A stretch of 24,000 bases of DNA from an uncultured Alkalilimnicola sp. (GCA_964460035.1 CAYWPG010000001.1:214026-238025); one strand, 5' to 3'; positions 1 to 9,355 are shown, counted from the first letter of the stretch. Translations and numbers: made by a program. The notes: generated by a model from the sequence alone, not told the origin.

Positions 1-1
1 C

Positions 2-397
2 ACCTTTCCGCTGATGAACGGACAGTGGATCCCCCAGGGGATGTGGACTTTGGAGCCGTGGCCGCGAAATCTGCTCGCGAATCCCATCGCCATACAGTTC
101 GCGCACCGATGGATCGCACTGCTGACCTTCGCCGCCGTGGCGGCATTCTGGCTGGTCGCGTTGCGCAGGGCGTTGCCGCGCCAGGCGCGGATCGCCGTTC
201 ATTTTCTGCTCGCGGCTGCGTTGCTGCAGGTCGCGTTGGGGATCTCGACGTTGGTACTGCAGGTACCGATCGTGTTGGGCGTAGCGCATCAAGGCGGCGC
301 GGTGGTTTTGTTGACCGCCTTGCTGTACCTGCTGCATAGCCTTCACCCCGCGCGGGTGGCGGCTCGGACGCCCACGCCGGTACCGGTAGCGGCGTGA
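2..397 (+). CDS. Heme A synthase (COX15/CtaA family), C-terminal part; 5' end lies outside the window
   Basis: The frame is open from the window edge. The sequence is hydrophobic and multi-TM, with the family-typical pattern NP..IQF.HR..A (His ligand) and LLQV.LGI.TL..QVP...GVAHQ.GA..LL (second His). Confidence 0.75.
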   Translation, partial: TFPLMNGQWIPQGMWTLEPWPRNLLANPIAIQFAHRWIALLTFAAVAAFWLVALRRALPRQARIAVHFLLAAALLQVALGISTLVLQVPIVLGVAHQGGAVVLLTALLYLLHSLHPARVAARTPTPVPVAA

Positions 398-633
398 GAT
401 AACGCCAGGGACGGTTGCCACGGCGTTTGGCAGCCGATCCGGCGACTTGATTTTGCGATCGCTGTCGCAGCCGCGCATTAGCTTCCGGCTGAGGCCGCGA
501 TCGGGTGTTGTGGGGAAGCGCGCTTAGCCGTGCGGGTCAGGCGGAGCCCGAAGCCCGCCCACAACCGGCATGTCGATGGTGGCGGGGACAGGGCTGCTCC
601 TGCCAGAGCTTAGACGCGTTTGCGGGGGATTCG

Positions 634-1926
634 ATGCTGGAGCGGCTATTCGGACTCAAGGCGCATGGGACCGATGTCAAAACAGAGGTCTTAGCGGGTA
701 TTACGACCTTTCTGACGATGGCGTACATCATCGTCGTCAATCCCAGCCTGCTATCTAGCGCGGGCATGGACTACGGTGCGGTGTTCGCCGCCACCTGTCT
801 GGCCGCGGCGATAGGCAGCCTGATCATGGGGGTGCTTGCCAACTACCCGATCGCGCTGGCCCCGGGCATGGGCCTGAACGCCTTCTTCACCTTCACAGTG
901 GTGGGACAAATGGGTTACAGCTGGCAGGTGGCGCTGGGCGCGGTGTTCCTGTCCGGCGTGTTGTTTTTCCTGCTCAGCATCTTCCGTATCCGCGAGTGGG
1001 TGATCAATAGCATTCCGCTGGCGTTGAGGCTGGGGATAGCGGCCGGAATCGGGCTGTTTCTGGCACTTATCGCGCTTCACAACACCAATATTATCGTTGC
1101 CAGCCCCGGCACGCTGGTAACGCTGGGCGATGTCAGCTCGCCGGCGGCGCTGCTTACGGCCTTCGGCTTCGTGCTCATCTGCGCGCTGGCGGCACGGCGT
1201 GTGATGGGGGCCGTTATGCTCGGCATCATCGCCGTGACGCTGGTGGGCTGGCTACTGGGCCTGGTCGAGTATCAAGGGTTTGCCTCTGCGCCGCCTAGCC
1301 TGGCACCCACGTTTCTGCAGATGGACGTGGCCGGCGCGCTGAACATCGGCTTGGTCAGCGTCATCTTCGCATTCCTGTTCGTGGACCTGTTCGACACCTC
1401 CGGTACGCTGATCGGCGCCGCGCACCGGGGCAACCTGTTGGATGAGAAGGGCAACCTGCCGCGTCTTGGCCGTGCATTGATGGCCGATAGCGGGGCGACC
1501 ATGGCGGGTGCTGCGCTGGGAACCTCCACCACGACCAGTTATATAGAGAGCACCGCGGGCATCGTCGCCGGTGGCCGGACCGGGCTCACTGCCGTAGTGG
1601 TTGCCGTTCTGTTCCTGCTCGCGCTGTTCTTCTCGCCGTTGGCGTCCATGGTGCCCGCGTTTGCGACCGCGCCGGCGCTGCTGTATGTCGCCACGCTGAT
1701 GACCAGCAGCCTTTCGCATATCGACTGGGAAGATGTCACCGACGCCGCGCCGGTTCTGGTAACCGCCATCGCGATGCCGCTGGCGTTCTCCATCGCCGAT
1801 GGAATTGCGCTGGGCTTTATCACTTATGTGGCTGTGAAGCTGGCCAGCGGCCGCTTCCACCAGCTCAATCCGGCGCTGCTGGTGATTGCCGCCCTGTTCG
1901 TGCTCAAATTCATGTTCCTGGGCTAA
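634..1926 (+). CDS. NCS2 / AzgA-type purine (adenine/guanine/hypoxanthine) permease
   Basis: The N-terminus MLERLFGLKAHGTDVKTEVLAGITTFLTMAYIIVVNP and the later ...ALAPGMGLNAFFTF... are typical of AzgA/PurP-like permeases, and the protein has about 12 hydrophobic segments. I chose the ATG at 634 rather than the Arg/Trp-rich upstream extension of the ORF track (505). apt lies immediately downstream. Confidence 0.9.
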   Translation: MLERLFGLKAHGTDVKTEVLAGITTFLTMAYIIVVNPSLLSSAGMDYGAVFAATCLAAAIGSLIMGVLANYPIALAPGMGLNAFFTFTVVGQMGYSWQVALGAVFLSGVLFFLLSIFRIREWVINSIPLALRLGIAAGIGLFLALIALHNTNIIVASPGTLVTLGDVSSPAALLTAFGFVLICALAARRVMGAVMLGIIAVTLVGWLLGLVEYQGFASAPPSLAPTFLQMDVAGALNIGLVSVIFAFLFVDLFDTSGTLIGAAHRGNLLDEKGNLPRLGRALMADSGATMAGAALGTSTTTSYIESTAGIVAGGRTGLTAVVVAVLFLLALFFSPLASMVPAFATAPALLYVATLMTSSLSHIDWEDVTDAAPVLVTAIAMPLAFSIADGIALGFITYVAVKLASGRFHQLNPALLVIAALFVLKFMFLG

Positions 1927-1952
1927 TTCGCTGCAGTAAGGCTGGGTAGGGC

Positions 1953-2501
1953 ATGGAGTATTTCGGCGATATCGTCAAGGCGGCCATACGGACGGTGCCG
2001 AACTGGCCGAAGCAGGGGGTGATGTTTCGCGATATCACCACCGCGCTTCAGGATCGGCGCGTGTTCCGCATTCTTATCGATGCCTTCGTGCATCGCTACC
2101 ATCCGCAGCAGGTCGACGCGGTGGTGGGCGTCGATGCCCGCGGCTTTATAGTCGCCTCGCCGCTGGCTTACGAGTTGAACGCTTCCTTCGTGCCCGTACG
2201 CAAGAAGGGTAAGCTGCCGTTCGACACGGTGTCCGAGAGTTACACGCTGGAGTATGGAACCGCCGAGGTCGAGCTGCACCGCGACGCGTTGAAAGCGGGC
2301 GATCGGGTGGTCTTGGTGGATGATCTGATCGCCACCGGTGGTACCATGCTGGCGGCGGCCAGCCTGATCCGCCGGCTGGGCGCGGAGCTGCTGGAGTGCG
2401 CTGCCATCATAGACCTGCCGGATTTGAAAGGCTCGGCCAAGCTGCGCGAGCAGGGGTTGACGGTGTTCACCGTGTGTGAGTTCCCGGACGCCGAGGATTA
2501 G
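1953..2501 (+). CDS. apt: Adenine phosphoribosyltransferase
   Basis: 182 aa. It carries the PRPP-binding motif [13 protein letters not shown] and shows Apt-like sequence throughout ([10 protein letters not shown]..., [13 protein letters not shown]). Confidence 0.95.
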   Translation: MEYFGDIVKAAIRTVPNWPKQGVMFRDITTALQDRRVFRILIDAFVHRYHPQQVDAVVGVDARGFIVASPLAYELNASFVPVRKKGKLPFDTVSESYTLEYGTAEVELHRDALKAGDRVVLVDDLIATGGTMLAAASLIRRLGAELLECAAIIDLPDLKGSAKLREQGLTVFTVCEFPDAED

Positions 2502-2544
2502 CGGGATCGCAACGACGGGCGCTGATGCGTCCGACGGCGTGCCA

Positions 2545-2570
2545 GCGCCCGCTCTGCAGTGAGCGGGCGC
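2545..2570 (+). terminator. Putative terminator hairpin after apt
   Basis: Perfect 10-bp GC-rich stem gcgcccgctc / gagcgggcgc with loop tgcagt, 44 nt after the apt stop. No clear U-tract follows. Confidence 0.4.
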
Positions 2571-2660
2571 AAGTAGGTGCGGCCCGGGGCTTTCGCGTAA
2601 CGGACTCGTAGCGCTCGGATCCTTAAGAAGGCGGGCCGGCGCCGCGCGGCGAGGATCCTC

Positions 2661-2942
2661 TTACTTCTCCCGCTCGATCTCAGTGGCGATATGACGGCCG
2701 TCCCGGTACTCGAAGTCGACTTCCACGCGCTGACCTACGGCAAGATCCTCGAAGCGCTTCAAGCCGTCGTCGTAATCGGTACGCTCGTCGGTTTGGAACT
2801 CAATGCCTTGTACCGTGATGGTTTGCGCTTCGGCATCTATAGCCTCGATCTCGCCTGTGACATCGTTGCTGGCCCAGGTGCTGCTTGCGAAGGCCAGGCC
2901 TACGGCTAGGCCGAGAGTTTTCACTACACGCAGCGTGTCCAT
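2661..2942 (-). CDS. Small secreted protein, DUF5666-like beta-rich domain (function unknown)
   Basis: Signal peptide MDTLRVVKTLGLAVGLAFASSTWA|SND. The start at 2942 is preceded by GAGGG 8 nt upstream. The mature part (GEIEAID...ITVQGIEFQTD..T.Y...L..L.VGQRVEVDF......ATEIE) resembles the DUF5666 pattern. The family name is tentative. Confidence 0.65.
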   Translation of the reverse strand: MDTLRVVKTLGLAVGLAFASSTWASNDVTGEIEAIDAEAQTITVQGIEFQTDERTDYDDGLKRFEDLAVGQRVEVDFEYRDGRHIATEIEREK

Positions 2943-3507
2943 TTTACCGACCCTCATGCTGTTCCCGGGGGGCGGAATGAGGGCCGTGTGCAATCCGTTC
3001 AAGCGCTAAAGAATATTCTAAGTGTCTTTTCTGGCTTCGATTGCGATGTCAGGCCCGCGGTTTTGCCGAGCTTACGCTGTGGACACAAACGCCGGCCAAG
3101 CGCACTAAAGAGTCCCACTCGATCGCCGATACTTCGGTAGAGTAACTAGCGTTCGTTCTCGCTGGCTTAACGGTGGCACGATGCGCTGTTTTGCAAATTC
3201 GGCGAGAGCGAAGCCAAGGGATGTATGGCCGCGATATAAATGGAACGTGCGCATACCCGCGCGACGGCTCTGGCGGGTCCGGTAGTCGCCTAAGCCGCTG
3301 CATAGAGTGCGGTTAAAGGGGAGCGTCGCGCCTGCCATTTTCTCGGTGCTCGCAGGCGGGCGCCGACAGATGCAGTGCTGCTGCCCCTGCACGCTATGCA
3401 TGGCCTAGACGCGCGGTTGAGCCTGGGTTGCGTGTAGCTTGCCCAGGCTGCCTGGCTTGGGGAAGGAAGCGGGCCGCGCCCAGACATTGCGCGGTGTCGT
3501 TACGGCT

Positions 3508-6500
3508 ATGCGGTTTGAGGATGCGTGCTTGATTGAGTGGACGGACGTACACCTTGGGCTGATCTACCAAATTTACGGGTTGGCTTTCGTGGTGCTTGGC
3601 GTGTGCGCCTTGCTACTGCCGCGCCATCCCATAGCCATACGTCGGCTGACGCTGCACTTGCAGTTTCTGGGGCTGTTCGGCCTTTTTCATGGCGCGCTGG
3701 AGTTCGTCGAATGGGAGATGCTCCGAAACCCGCAGATCGACTGGCTGCATTGGGTTGGCGCTGCGTTGCTCCCCACGTCCTATGTCTTTTTGCTGGAGTT
3801 CGGCCGCCGTTCGCTGATCGAGCTGCGGCCGCAGCTGCGCTCCTTTTCAGCGTCGTTGTATGCGTTAGTCGGTGTCGGTCTGCTGGTGTCTTTGCTCTGG
3901 GCAACCGAGCCGCGATCGGCGCTGGCCGCCTGGGCGCGTTTGTTCATCGGCGCGCCGGCATCTCTGTTGGCGGCGGCAGCCTGCTGGCTCGCCGCCAGAC
4001 AGCCTGCTAACGACTCTTGGACAGCCATGCTGCGGTTGCCCCTGAGATTGGGCGCCCTGGGCGCGATCTTATATGCGGTGCTGACGCCGGTGGTTTCGCT
4101 CGCAGCGACCGGCGCGCTTGCCTGGCTGCCGACCCAAGCCGATTTCGTCCAGTGGGTGGGACTGCCGGTGCCCATATTTCGAGCGGGCTGCGCGCTGCTG
4201 ATTATGGCGGCGCTAGTCATGCTGGTGCGCCGGGCAGGCTGGAGTGCAACGGAGAATCTGCTCCGGGTGCTGGGCACCGTATCTGGATACGTGTTCCGTT
4301 GCCGCGACGACAGCCGCCGGGGCGTGGTCTACCTAGCCGGAGGCGTGGAAAGACTGACCGGCTACACCGCTGAGGACTTTATGCGCGGCGGAGGCCTGAC
4401 CTTGGACGATCTGATACATCCCGAGGATAAGGAGTTCGTCCGCCAGCAGGTCAGGGCTGCGCTCGCCCAGCGCCGCGAGTATGAGATCACCTACCGGACG
4501 ATCAATCGCGCCGGGGAGGAGGGTTGGGCATTCGAGCGCGGGCGGGGCGTCTTCGACGAGAACGGCGCACTGCGCTTTATCGAAGGGCATGTGATGGACG
4601 CCACCGCGCTGCGACAAGCGCAGGCCGATTTGGAACATGTCAGAACCACACTGGATCTTACGCTGGATGCGGTGTTCATCTTCGATGCCCAGTCGCTGCA
4701 ATTCACCTATGTCAATCAGGGCGCAATTCAACAAGTGGGCTGGTGCCGGGAGGAACTGCTCCGCCTTCACCCCTATGACCTCACGCCCGAGTATCCCGAG
4801 CCTCGCTTTCGCGAGCTGATTGCTCCCATGGTGGCGGGGGAAGTCACTACGCAACGGCTGCAGACCTGGCACAAGACCAAGAGCGGTCAACTCGTGCCGG
4901 TCGAGCTCTCTTTACAGTATGTGGTGCCCACAGGGCAGGCTCCGCGGTTCGTCGCCATCGTACAGGATATTACCGAGCGCAGGGCTGCGGAGAACGCTTT
5001 GAAACTGGCGAACGAGCGCTTGGAGCGAGCCGAACGGCATACCGCAATGGGCCATTGGGAGTTCGATGCCGAGACCGGCGAAGGCTACTGGTCCAAGGGC
5101 ATGTTCTGCCTGCTGGGGTTCCCGCCCGGCGAGCGGCCGCCTGCACTGGCCGACTATCTGGCGCGCATTCACGCCGACGACCGGGCGCTGGTAGAGCAAG
5201 CCTTCGTGGCCATGGAGGAAGGCAAACAGCCGCAGCCCACCGTTTTCCGTACCGCGCCCGAGCTGGGGCCGATACGGTACCTGGCGCCTACTTATCGCTG
5301 TATCCGCGACGAATACGGGAAACCCAAGCGGTACATGGGCACGCTGCAGGATGTGTCCGAGCGTGAGCGGGCGCTGGAGACCCTGCGCCGCTCGGAGCAG
5401 GAACACCGTATGCTGCGCGAGGTGGCGCAACGCGAGCAGGGACGGATGGCGGCGCTGCTCGGGGGAATGAGTATAGGTATTTTGTTCGAGGACCGCGCCG
5501 GGGACGTCGAATACGTCAACCCGGCGTTTCGCCGCATGTGGGGGATCGACGAGCAGGTAGAGCTGGTGGGGCGGCCGACCAAGGAAGTGCTGGAACACTC
5601 TACGCACCGTTTCGCTCGCCCCGACCATGCATCGCGGCATGTGCTGCGGGTGCTGGATACGCATGAGATCAGCGAGCGCTTCGAGCTGGATCTTTACGAT
5701 GGCCGGGTGCTGACACAGCTGTCTTATCCGGTAATGGATACCGAGGGACGATTGATCGGAAGGCTGTGGATCTACGAGGACATCACTCACGAGCGTCAGA
5801 CGGCTCAGCAGCTGGTGTATCTGGCCGAGCACGATCCGCTGACCGGGCTGTGCAATCGGCACCGTTTCCAGGAGCATCTGGAGCGCATGATCAAGACGGC
5901 GCAGCGCGTGGAATCGCGCTTCGTGCTGATGTACTTCGATCTGGACGATTTCAAGCACATCAACGACAACTTCGGGCACCGAGCCGGCGATACGGTGCTG
6001 GTCAGGGCTGCGGGCGCGGTCGCCAGCTTGATGCGGGGCGGAGAGGTGTTGGCGCGCCTTGGGGGCGATGAGTTCGCGATTCTCGCCGAGATCACCTCCG
6101 AGGAAGAGGCCGTTCGGCTGGCCGAGCGCATCGTGCACGCTGTATCCTCGATTCCGCTACGCTTCCGAGGCAGCAACCTTCGCCTGACGGCCAGCCTGGG
6201 CATAGCCATCTTCCCCACCCATGGTACGGACGCCGAAGAACTGGTCGCGCATGCCGACATGGCCATGTATCAGGCCAAGGATCAAGGCAAGAATACCTGG
6301 GCGATCTACGACCACAACCGCGCTGGCGCTGATGTGATGCTCGAGCGCATGTCCTGGAGTCGCCGGATTGCAGCGGCTCTGAGCGGCGATCTGTTCGAGC
6401 TGCACTTCCAAGGTGTGTACCATGCTGCCGACGGCCGTCTCAGTCATCTGGAAGCGCTGGTACGCATGCAGGATCCCAGCAGCCCCGGGGCGCTACTGAT

Positions 6501-7119
6501 GCCGGGGCAATTCATCCCGGTAGCCGAGAAGACAGGACAGATTCTCGAGATCGACCGCTGGGTTCTCCGCCAGAGCATTGGGATTCTGGCCAGATACCCG
6601 CAGCTTCCCGCGCTGGCGGTCAATATTTCGGGACGCAGCTTCGACGAGCCGGGGCTGCCGCAGTACATTCAGAATTTGCTCGCCAGTCACAGTGTCGATC
6701 CCAAGCGATTGATCGTCGAGCTGACGGAAACGGCCGCGGTATCCGAGATGCAGGATGCACAACGCTTCATAGAGCTGTTGCAGCAAACCGGCTGCGTTGT
6801 GTGCCTGGACGATTTCGGATCGGGATTCGCGACCTTCGCTTACCTGAAATACCTGGCCGTACAGGTGCTTAAGATCGACGGCATGTTCATCCGCGATCTG
6901 CCCAACAATCGGGATAATCAAGCGTTCGTGAAGGCGATGATCGATGTTGCCGCCGGGCTCCAGAAACGGGTTGTGGCTGAGTTCGTGGAAGATGCGGCTA
7001 CCTTGGAGATGTTGCGCAATCTGGGGGTCGATCTGGTGCAAGGTTATTACCTGGACCGGCCAAGCGCGAATCATCCCAGCCTGGGTGTTCCGAGCATTCC
7101 GGCCGATCAGCTGCACTGA
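3508..7119 (+). CDS. Membrane-bound c-di-GMP turnover sensor: about 7 TM N-terminal domain, four PAS-type domains, GGDEF and EAL
   Basis: The GGDEF motif is intact (RLGGDEFAIL, nt about 6061-6075). The EAL domain is intact (EALVR at 6451-6465, ELTE, DDFGSG, KIDG, EFVE). The four PAS-like blocks end in DATALRQ, DITERR, DVSERER and DITHERQ. I chose the ATG at 3508; the TTG at 3439 in the ORF track is less likely. Confidence 0.9.
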   Translation: MRFEDACLIEWTDVHLGLIYQIYGLAFVVLGVCALLLPRHPIAIRRLTLHLQFLGLFGLFHGALEFVEWEMLRNPQIDWLHWVGAALLPTSYVFLLEFGRRSLIELRPQLRSFSASLYALVGVGLLVSLLWATEPRSALAAWARLFIGAPASLLAAAACWLAARQPANDSWTAMLRLPLRLGALGAILYAVLTPVVSLAATGALAWLPTQADFVQWVGLPVPIFRAGCALLIMAALVMLVRRAGWSATENLLRVLGTVSGYVFRCRDDSRRGVVYLAGGVERLTGYTAEDFMRGGGLTLDDLIHPEDKEFVRQQVRAALAQRREYEITYRTINRAGEEGWAFERGRGVFDENGALRFIEGHVMDATALRQAQADLEHVRTTLDLTLDAVFIFDAQSLQFTYVNQGAIQQVGWCREELLRLHPYDLTPEYPEPRFRELIAPMVAGEVTTQRLQTWHKTKSGQLVPVELSLQYVVPTGQAPRFVAIVQDITERRAAENALKLANERLERAERHTAMGHWEFDAETGEGYWSKGMFCLLGFPPGERPPALADYLARIHADDRALVEQAFVAMEEGKQPQPTVFRTAPELGPIRYLAPTYRCIRDEYGKPKRYMGTLQDVSERERALETLRRSEQEHRMLREVAQREQGRMAALLGGMSIGILFEDRAGDVEYVNPAFRRMWGIDEQVELVGRPTKEVLEHSTHRFARPDHASRHVLRVLDTHEISERFELDLYDGRVLTQLSYPVMDTEGRLIGRLWIYEDITHERQTAQQLVYLAEHDPLTGLCNRHRFQEHLERMIKTAQRVESRFVLMYFDLDDFKHINDNFGHRAGDTVLVRAAGAVASLMRGGEVLARLGGDEFAILAEITSEEEAVRLAERIVHAVSSIPLRFRGSNLRLTASLGIAIFPTHGTDAEELVAHADMAMYQAKDQGKNTWAIYDHNRAGADVMLERMSWSRRIAAALSGDLFELHFQGVYHAADGRLSHLEALVRMQDPSSPGALLMPGQFIPVAEKTGQILEIDRWVLRQSIGILARYPQLPALAVNISGRSFDEPGLPQYIQNLLASHSVDPKRLIVELTETAAVSEMQDAQRFIELLQQTGCVVCLDDFGSGFATFAYLKYLAVQVLKIDGMFIRDLPNNRDNQAFVKAMIDVAAGLQKRVVAEFVEDAATLEMLRNLGVDLVQGYYLDRPSANHPSLGVPSIPADQLH

Positions 7120-7143
7120 GCGTTCAGCGGTGGTGCCTAAGTC

Positions 7144-7569
7144 ATGGAAGTCGAGGGCGCTATGCGAGTTGCCGAGGCAGTGGTCGCCATCATCGCGCGC
7201 GACCGGCGCTTTCTTTTCGTAAAACGCTCCGATCATGTGGCCGCAGGGCGCGGCTATTGGTGCCCGGTCAGCGGTCGCATCGAACCCGGCGAGACCCAAC
7301 CGGCCGCGCTGCAGCGCGAGGTCCTGGAGGAAGTGGGTCTGCATGTGGTGGCTGATAAGAAGGTTGCCGAGGGCATGTCGCGCGACGGTGCCTTCCTCCT
7401 GCACTACTGGAGCTGCCGCATCATAGCTGGCACTGCGCACGTCGCCAGCGACGAGGCGACCGCACTGCGGTGGCTGACGGTGGAGGAGCTGCAGCGCTTG
7501 GCGCCGGTGTTCGAGGAAAATGTCCGTGTCTGCGAGCAGATCGCCCATGAGCGCGGTTGGCGCGCTTAG
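7144..7569 (+). CDS. Nudix (MutT-like) hydrolase
   Basis: Nudix box GRIEPGETQPAALQREVLEEVGL (G-x5-E-x7-REUxEExGU). An alternative start is the ATG at 7162, which has GAGGG 4 nt upstream. Confidence 0.85.
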   Translation: MEVEGAMRVAEAVVAIIARDRRFLFVKRSDHVAAGRGYWCPVSGRIEPGETQPAALQREVLEEVGLHVVADKKVAEGMSRDGAFLLHYWSCRIIAGTAHVASDEATALRWLTVEELQRLAPVFEENVRVCEQIAHERGWRA

Positions 7570-7710
7570 CCTCCCGTAGCCCTTATCTTTTCCTGCTGCG
7601 CCATGCCTCGCTCCTGGGCAAGGAGCAAAGCACAGCCGGTGCGGTCTTAAAGATAGTGTTCCAGGAAAAGCGGTAGCGTGCGACTACGGCATGCAAGGGA
7701 GAGTCTGCCT

Positions 7711-8142
7711 ATGCCATGCAGACGCGCGGCAGTAGCGTTGGTCATGCTCATGTTGGTTACGGGCGGCATGAGCCTGGGGGCAGCCGCGAGCAATAGCCAG
7801 CAAGAGAATACCGCGCTGGCCAAAGCGGTTACCGACGAGTTGACCCAGGGTTGGCTGGAGCCGAACGGGGCGCTGGTCGTCATAGTCGATGATGGCGTTG
7901 TCGAACTGCTTGGGACGGTCCCGTCGGCCGAGATGATCGATGAAGCAGTTCAGATCGCGGCGAATGTAGAAGGTGTGCGCAGGGTGATCAACCGCCTGAA
8001 CGTCAGGCCTCCTGAGTTGTCGCTGGAGCCGGATGCTCAGCAGCCACTGCAGCCGGCGCCGATGCAGGAAGAAGTGCTGCAGGAAGATCAGGCGCGGGAG
8101 GAAACCATGCAAGAGGACATGTTGCGGGAAGAGCGCCGGTGA
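7711..8142 (+). CDS. Secreted BON-domain protein with an acidic Gln/Glu-rich C-terminal tail
   Basis: The ATG at 7711 is preceded by AAGGGAGAG. Signal-like N-terminus MPCRRAAVALVMLMLVTGGMSLGAAAS. BON-like core VVIVDDGVVELLGTVPSAEMIDEAVQIAANVEGVRRVINRLNV. Confidence 0.75.
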   Translation: MPCRRAAVALVMLMLVTGGMSLGAAASNSQQENTALAKAVTDELTQGWLEPNGALVVIVDDGVVELLGTVPSAEMIDEAVQIAANVEGVRRVINRLNVRPPELSLEPDAQQPLQPAPMQEEVLQEDQAREETMQEDMLREERR

Positions 8143-8157
8143 GAAGCTGCTGTCTTA

Positions 8158-8799
8158 TCAGCCGCGGCTGCCGCGTTCTACCCGCACTACTTCGCCGCCG
8201 ACCAGCACGGCTATGCGATCGAAATTGCGCGGTCCGAATTCGTAGATCCACTCTTCTTCGTGAGTTACCAGTACATGACGGGGCGGCTCCAGGTACGGCT
8301 GCCGTACGCGCGTTCGTGTCTGGCGCTCCAGGGGCTGGCCGCAGCGCTCCAGTAGCTCCATGCCGCTGATGCCTGGTTGTATCTCGCTGGGCTGACAGCG
8401 TCGCCCAGGGGCGGGAACGAAGCCGTAACCACCCGTACGCACCGACTGCAGACGGCCGTCATGGAACTGGAGGATGCGGATCAAGCGGCGCGGGCCGAAG
8501 TTGTAGAACCAGCGCGACTCCGAGCGCAACAGGATATGGCCATACAGATAGATCTCGCGCAGCGGCTCTTGGTAATCCGGCTCGCCGCAGGCCCGCAATA
8601 CTTCGTGCTCACGTGCGCCTATGTTGACGATGCCGCCGTCGCAGCGGATCGCATCGGCCCGGACGGAGGAGAAGGGGGCGAAAGCCACGAACACCCCTAG
8701 CACGGCCCAGGCCCAGCGGCGTCTGCACCGGGCGAGCGTCCGCACAGTGTCAGAAGCTTCGGATGCCGCGCCCGCGATACGGACAAGCCACCGTTTCAT
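8158..8799 (-). CDS. Secreted protein with two DUF2845-like repeats
   Basis: Strong SD (AAGGAGG, 5 nt spacer) before the ATG at 8799, and a signal-like segment WAWAVLGVFVAFAPFSSVRA. There are two copies of the pattern ..VL..CGEP/CGQP......W.Y.FGPR...R.....G....V. Confidence 0.6.
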   Translation of the reverse strand: MKRWLVRIAGAASEASDTVRTLARCRRRWAWAVLGVFVAFAPFSSVRADAIRCDGGIVNIGAREHEVLRACGEPDYQEPLREIYLYGHILLRSESRWFYNFGPRRLIRILQFHDGRLQSVRTGGYGFVPAPGRRCQPSEIQPGISGMELLERCGQPLERQTRTRVRQPYLEPPRHVLVTHEEEWIYEFGPRNFDRIAVLVGGEVVRVERGSRG

Positions 8800-8868
8800 C
8801 GCTGCCTCCTTGGTCCAGGGGCATTATACGCCGGCCTGCAGAGAGCGCGATTGCAAGTGTTGGACCGG

Positions 8869-8898
8869 GCGGCGCCCGCAGGTGGCTGCGGGCGCCGC
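8869..8898 (-). terminator. Putative terminator hairpin downstream of the cupin gene
   Basis: Perfect 13-bp stem gcggcgcccgcag / ctgcgggcgccgc with loop gtgg, 5 nt after the cupin stop on the minus strand. No strong U-tract follows. Confidence 0.5.
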
Positions 8899-8902
8899 TC
8901 CG

Positions 8903-9328
8903 TTACCAGATGACTTGGCGGGCTACCACTTCTCCATCGTCTATGCCTTGCTCTTGCAAGGATCCAGCGACTGCCTGGATGACGATGTAGGTCAAAGGCT
9001 CCGTGCCGGTATTGCGCCAAGTGCGCTCGCCCTCGGGCGAGACCCGTACAGCGGATCCTGCGGATACGGGAAACCGTTTTCCATCGACTTGAAACTCCCC
9101 CGTACCCGAAAGGAACACATACACCTCTTCGTGAGTCCGGTGGCGGTGCACAAAAGGGGGCCCTTTGCCCGGCGGCAGCGTGTTCAACGATATCTCCATG
9201 CCGGTGAGGTTGAGCTTATCGCTCAAGAACAGCTTCCCCGGAGCCGGCTGGGAGGAAAGAGGGTGCTGGAACAGCCAACGATCCCACTCGGAGGCTGGGC
9301 CAGCTTCGAACCGATCGACCGTTGCCAT
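8903..9328 (-). CDS. Cupin-domain protein
   Basis: Cupin motifs PFVHRHRTHEEVYVFLSGTG and G..VRV.P...R...N.G.EPL.YIV. The start at 9328 (MATVDRF) has GGAGA 7 nt upstream. Confidence 0.8.
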   Translation of the reverse strand: MATVDRFEAGPASEWDRWLFQHPLSSQPAPGKLFLSDKLNLTGMEISLNTLPPGKGPPFVHRHRTHEEVYVFLSGTGEFQVDGKRFPVSAGSAVRVSPEGERTWRNTGTEPLTYIVIQAVAGSLQEQGIDDGEVVARQVIW

Positions 9329-9355
9329 TGACGCGTCTCCGTCTTGCTTTGTTTT

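Noticed and set aside
398-633. Purine riboswitch upstream of the purine permease
   Set aside because: I could not find the conserved purine-riboswitch junction and loop sequences, only a generic short stem after the ctaA stop.
505-633. N-terminal 43-aa extension of the permease ORF
   Set aside because: The extension is Arg/Trp/Cys-rich and unlike the family N-terminus. The ATG at 634 gives the canonical MLERLFGLK start.
3010-3019. AGAATATTCT palindrome resembling AGAATTAATTCT at 19507-19518, as a possible shared operator
   Set aside because: The half-site spacing differs (0 versus 2 nt). Both lie in AT-rich promoter DNA, where such palindromes arise easily. Two copies are too few to argue for a regulon.
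3003-3507. tmRNA, RNase P RNA, 6S RNA, SRP RNA or a c-di-GMP riboswitch in the long spacer
   Set aside because: The hallmark strings I know are not present on either strand: GAGGAAAGTCCGGGC for RNase P, the tmRNA acceptor end or tag ORF, the SRP GGUGCUGUUU-type motif, and the GEMM core. Only weak chance similarities appear.
4912-6138. 408-aa ORF on the minus strand
   Set aside because: It lies wholly antisense to the well-supported PAS-GGDEF region. Its composition is Arg/Pro/Gln-rich and low in information, which is typical of shadow ORFs in GC-rich DNA.
6493-7548. 351-aa ORF on the minus strand
   Set aside because: It is antisense to the EAL domain and the Nudix gene, spanning an intergenic gap. 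It has no recognisable motifs and is a shadow ORF.
8621-9331. 236-aa ORF on the plus strand
   Set aside because: It is antisense across the DUF2845 and cupin genes and their intervening terminator hairpin, which is implausible for a real gene.
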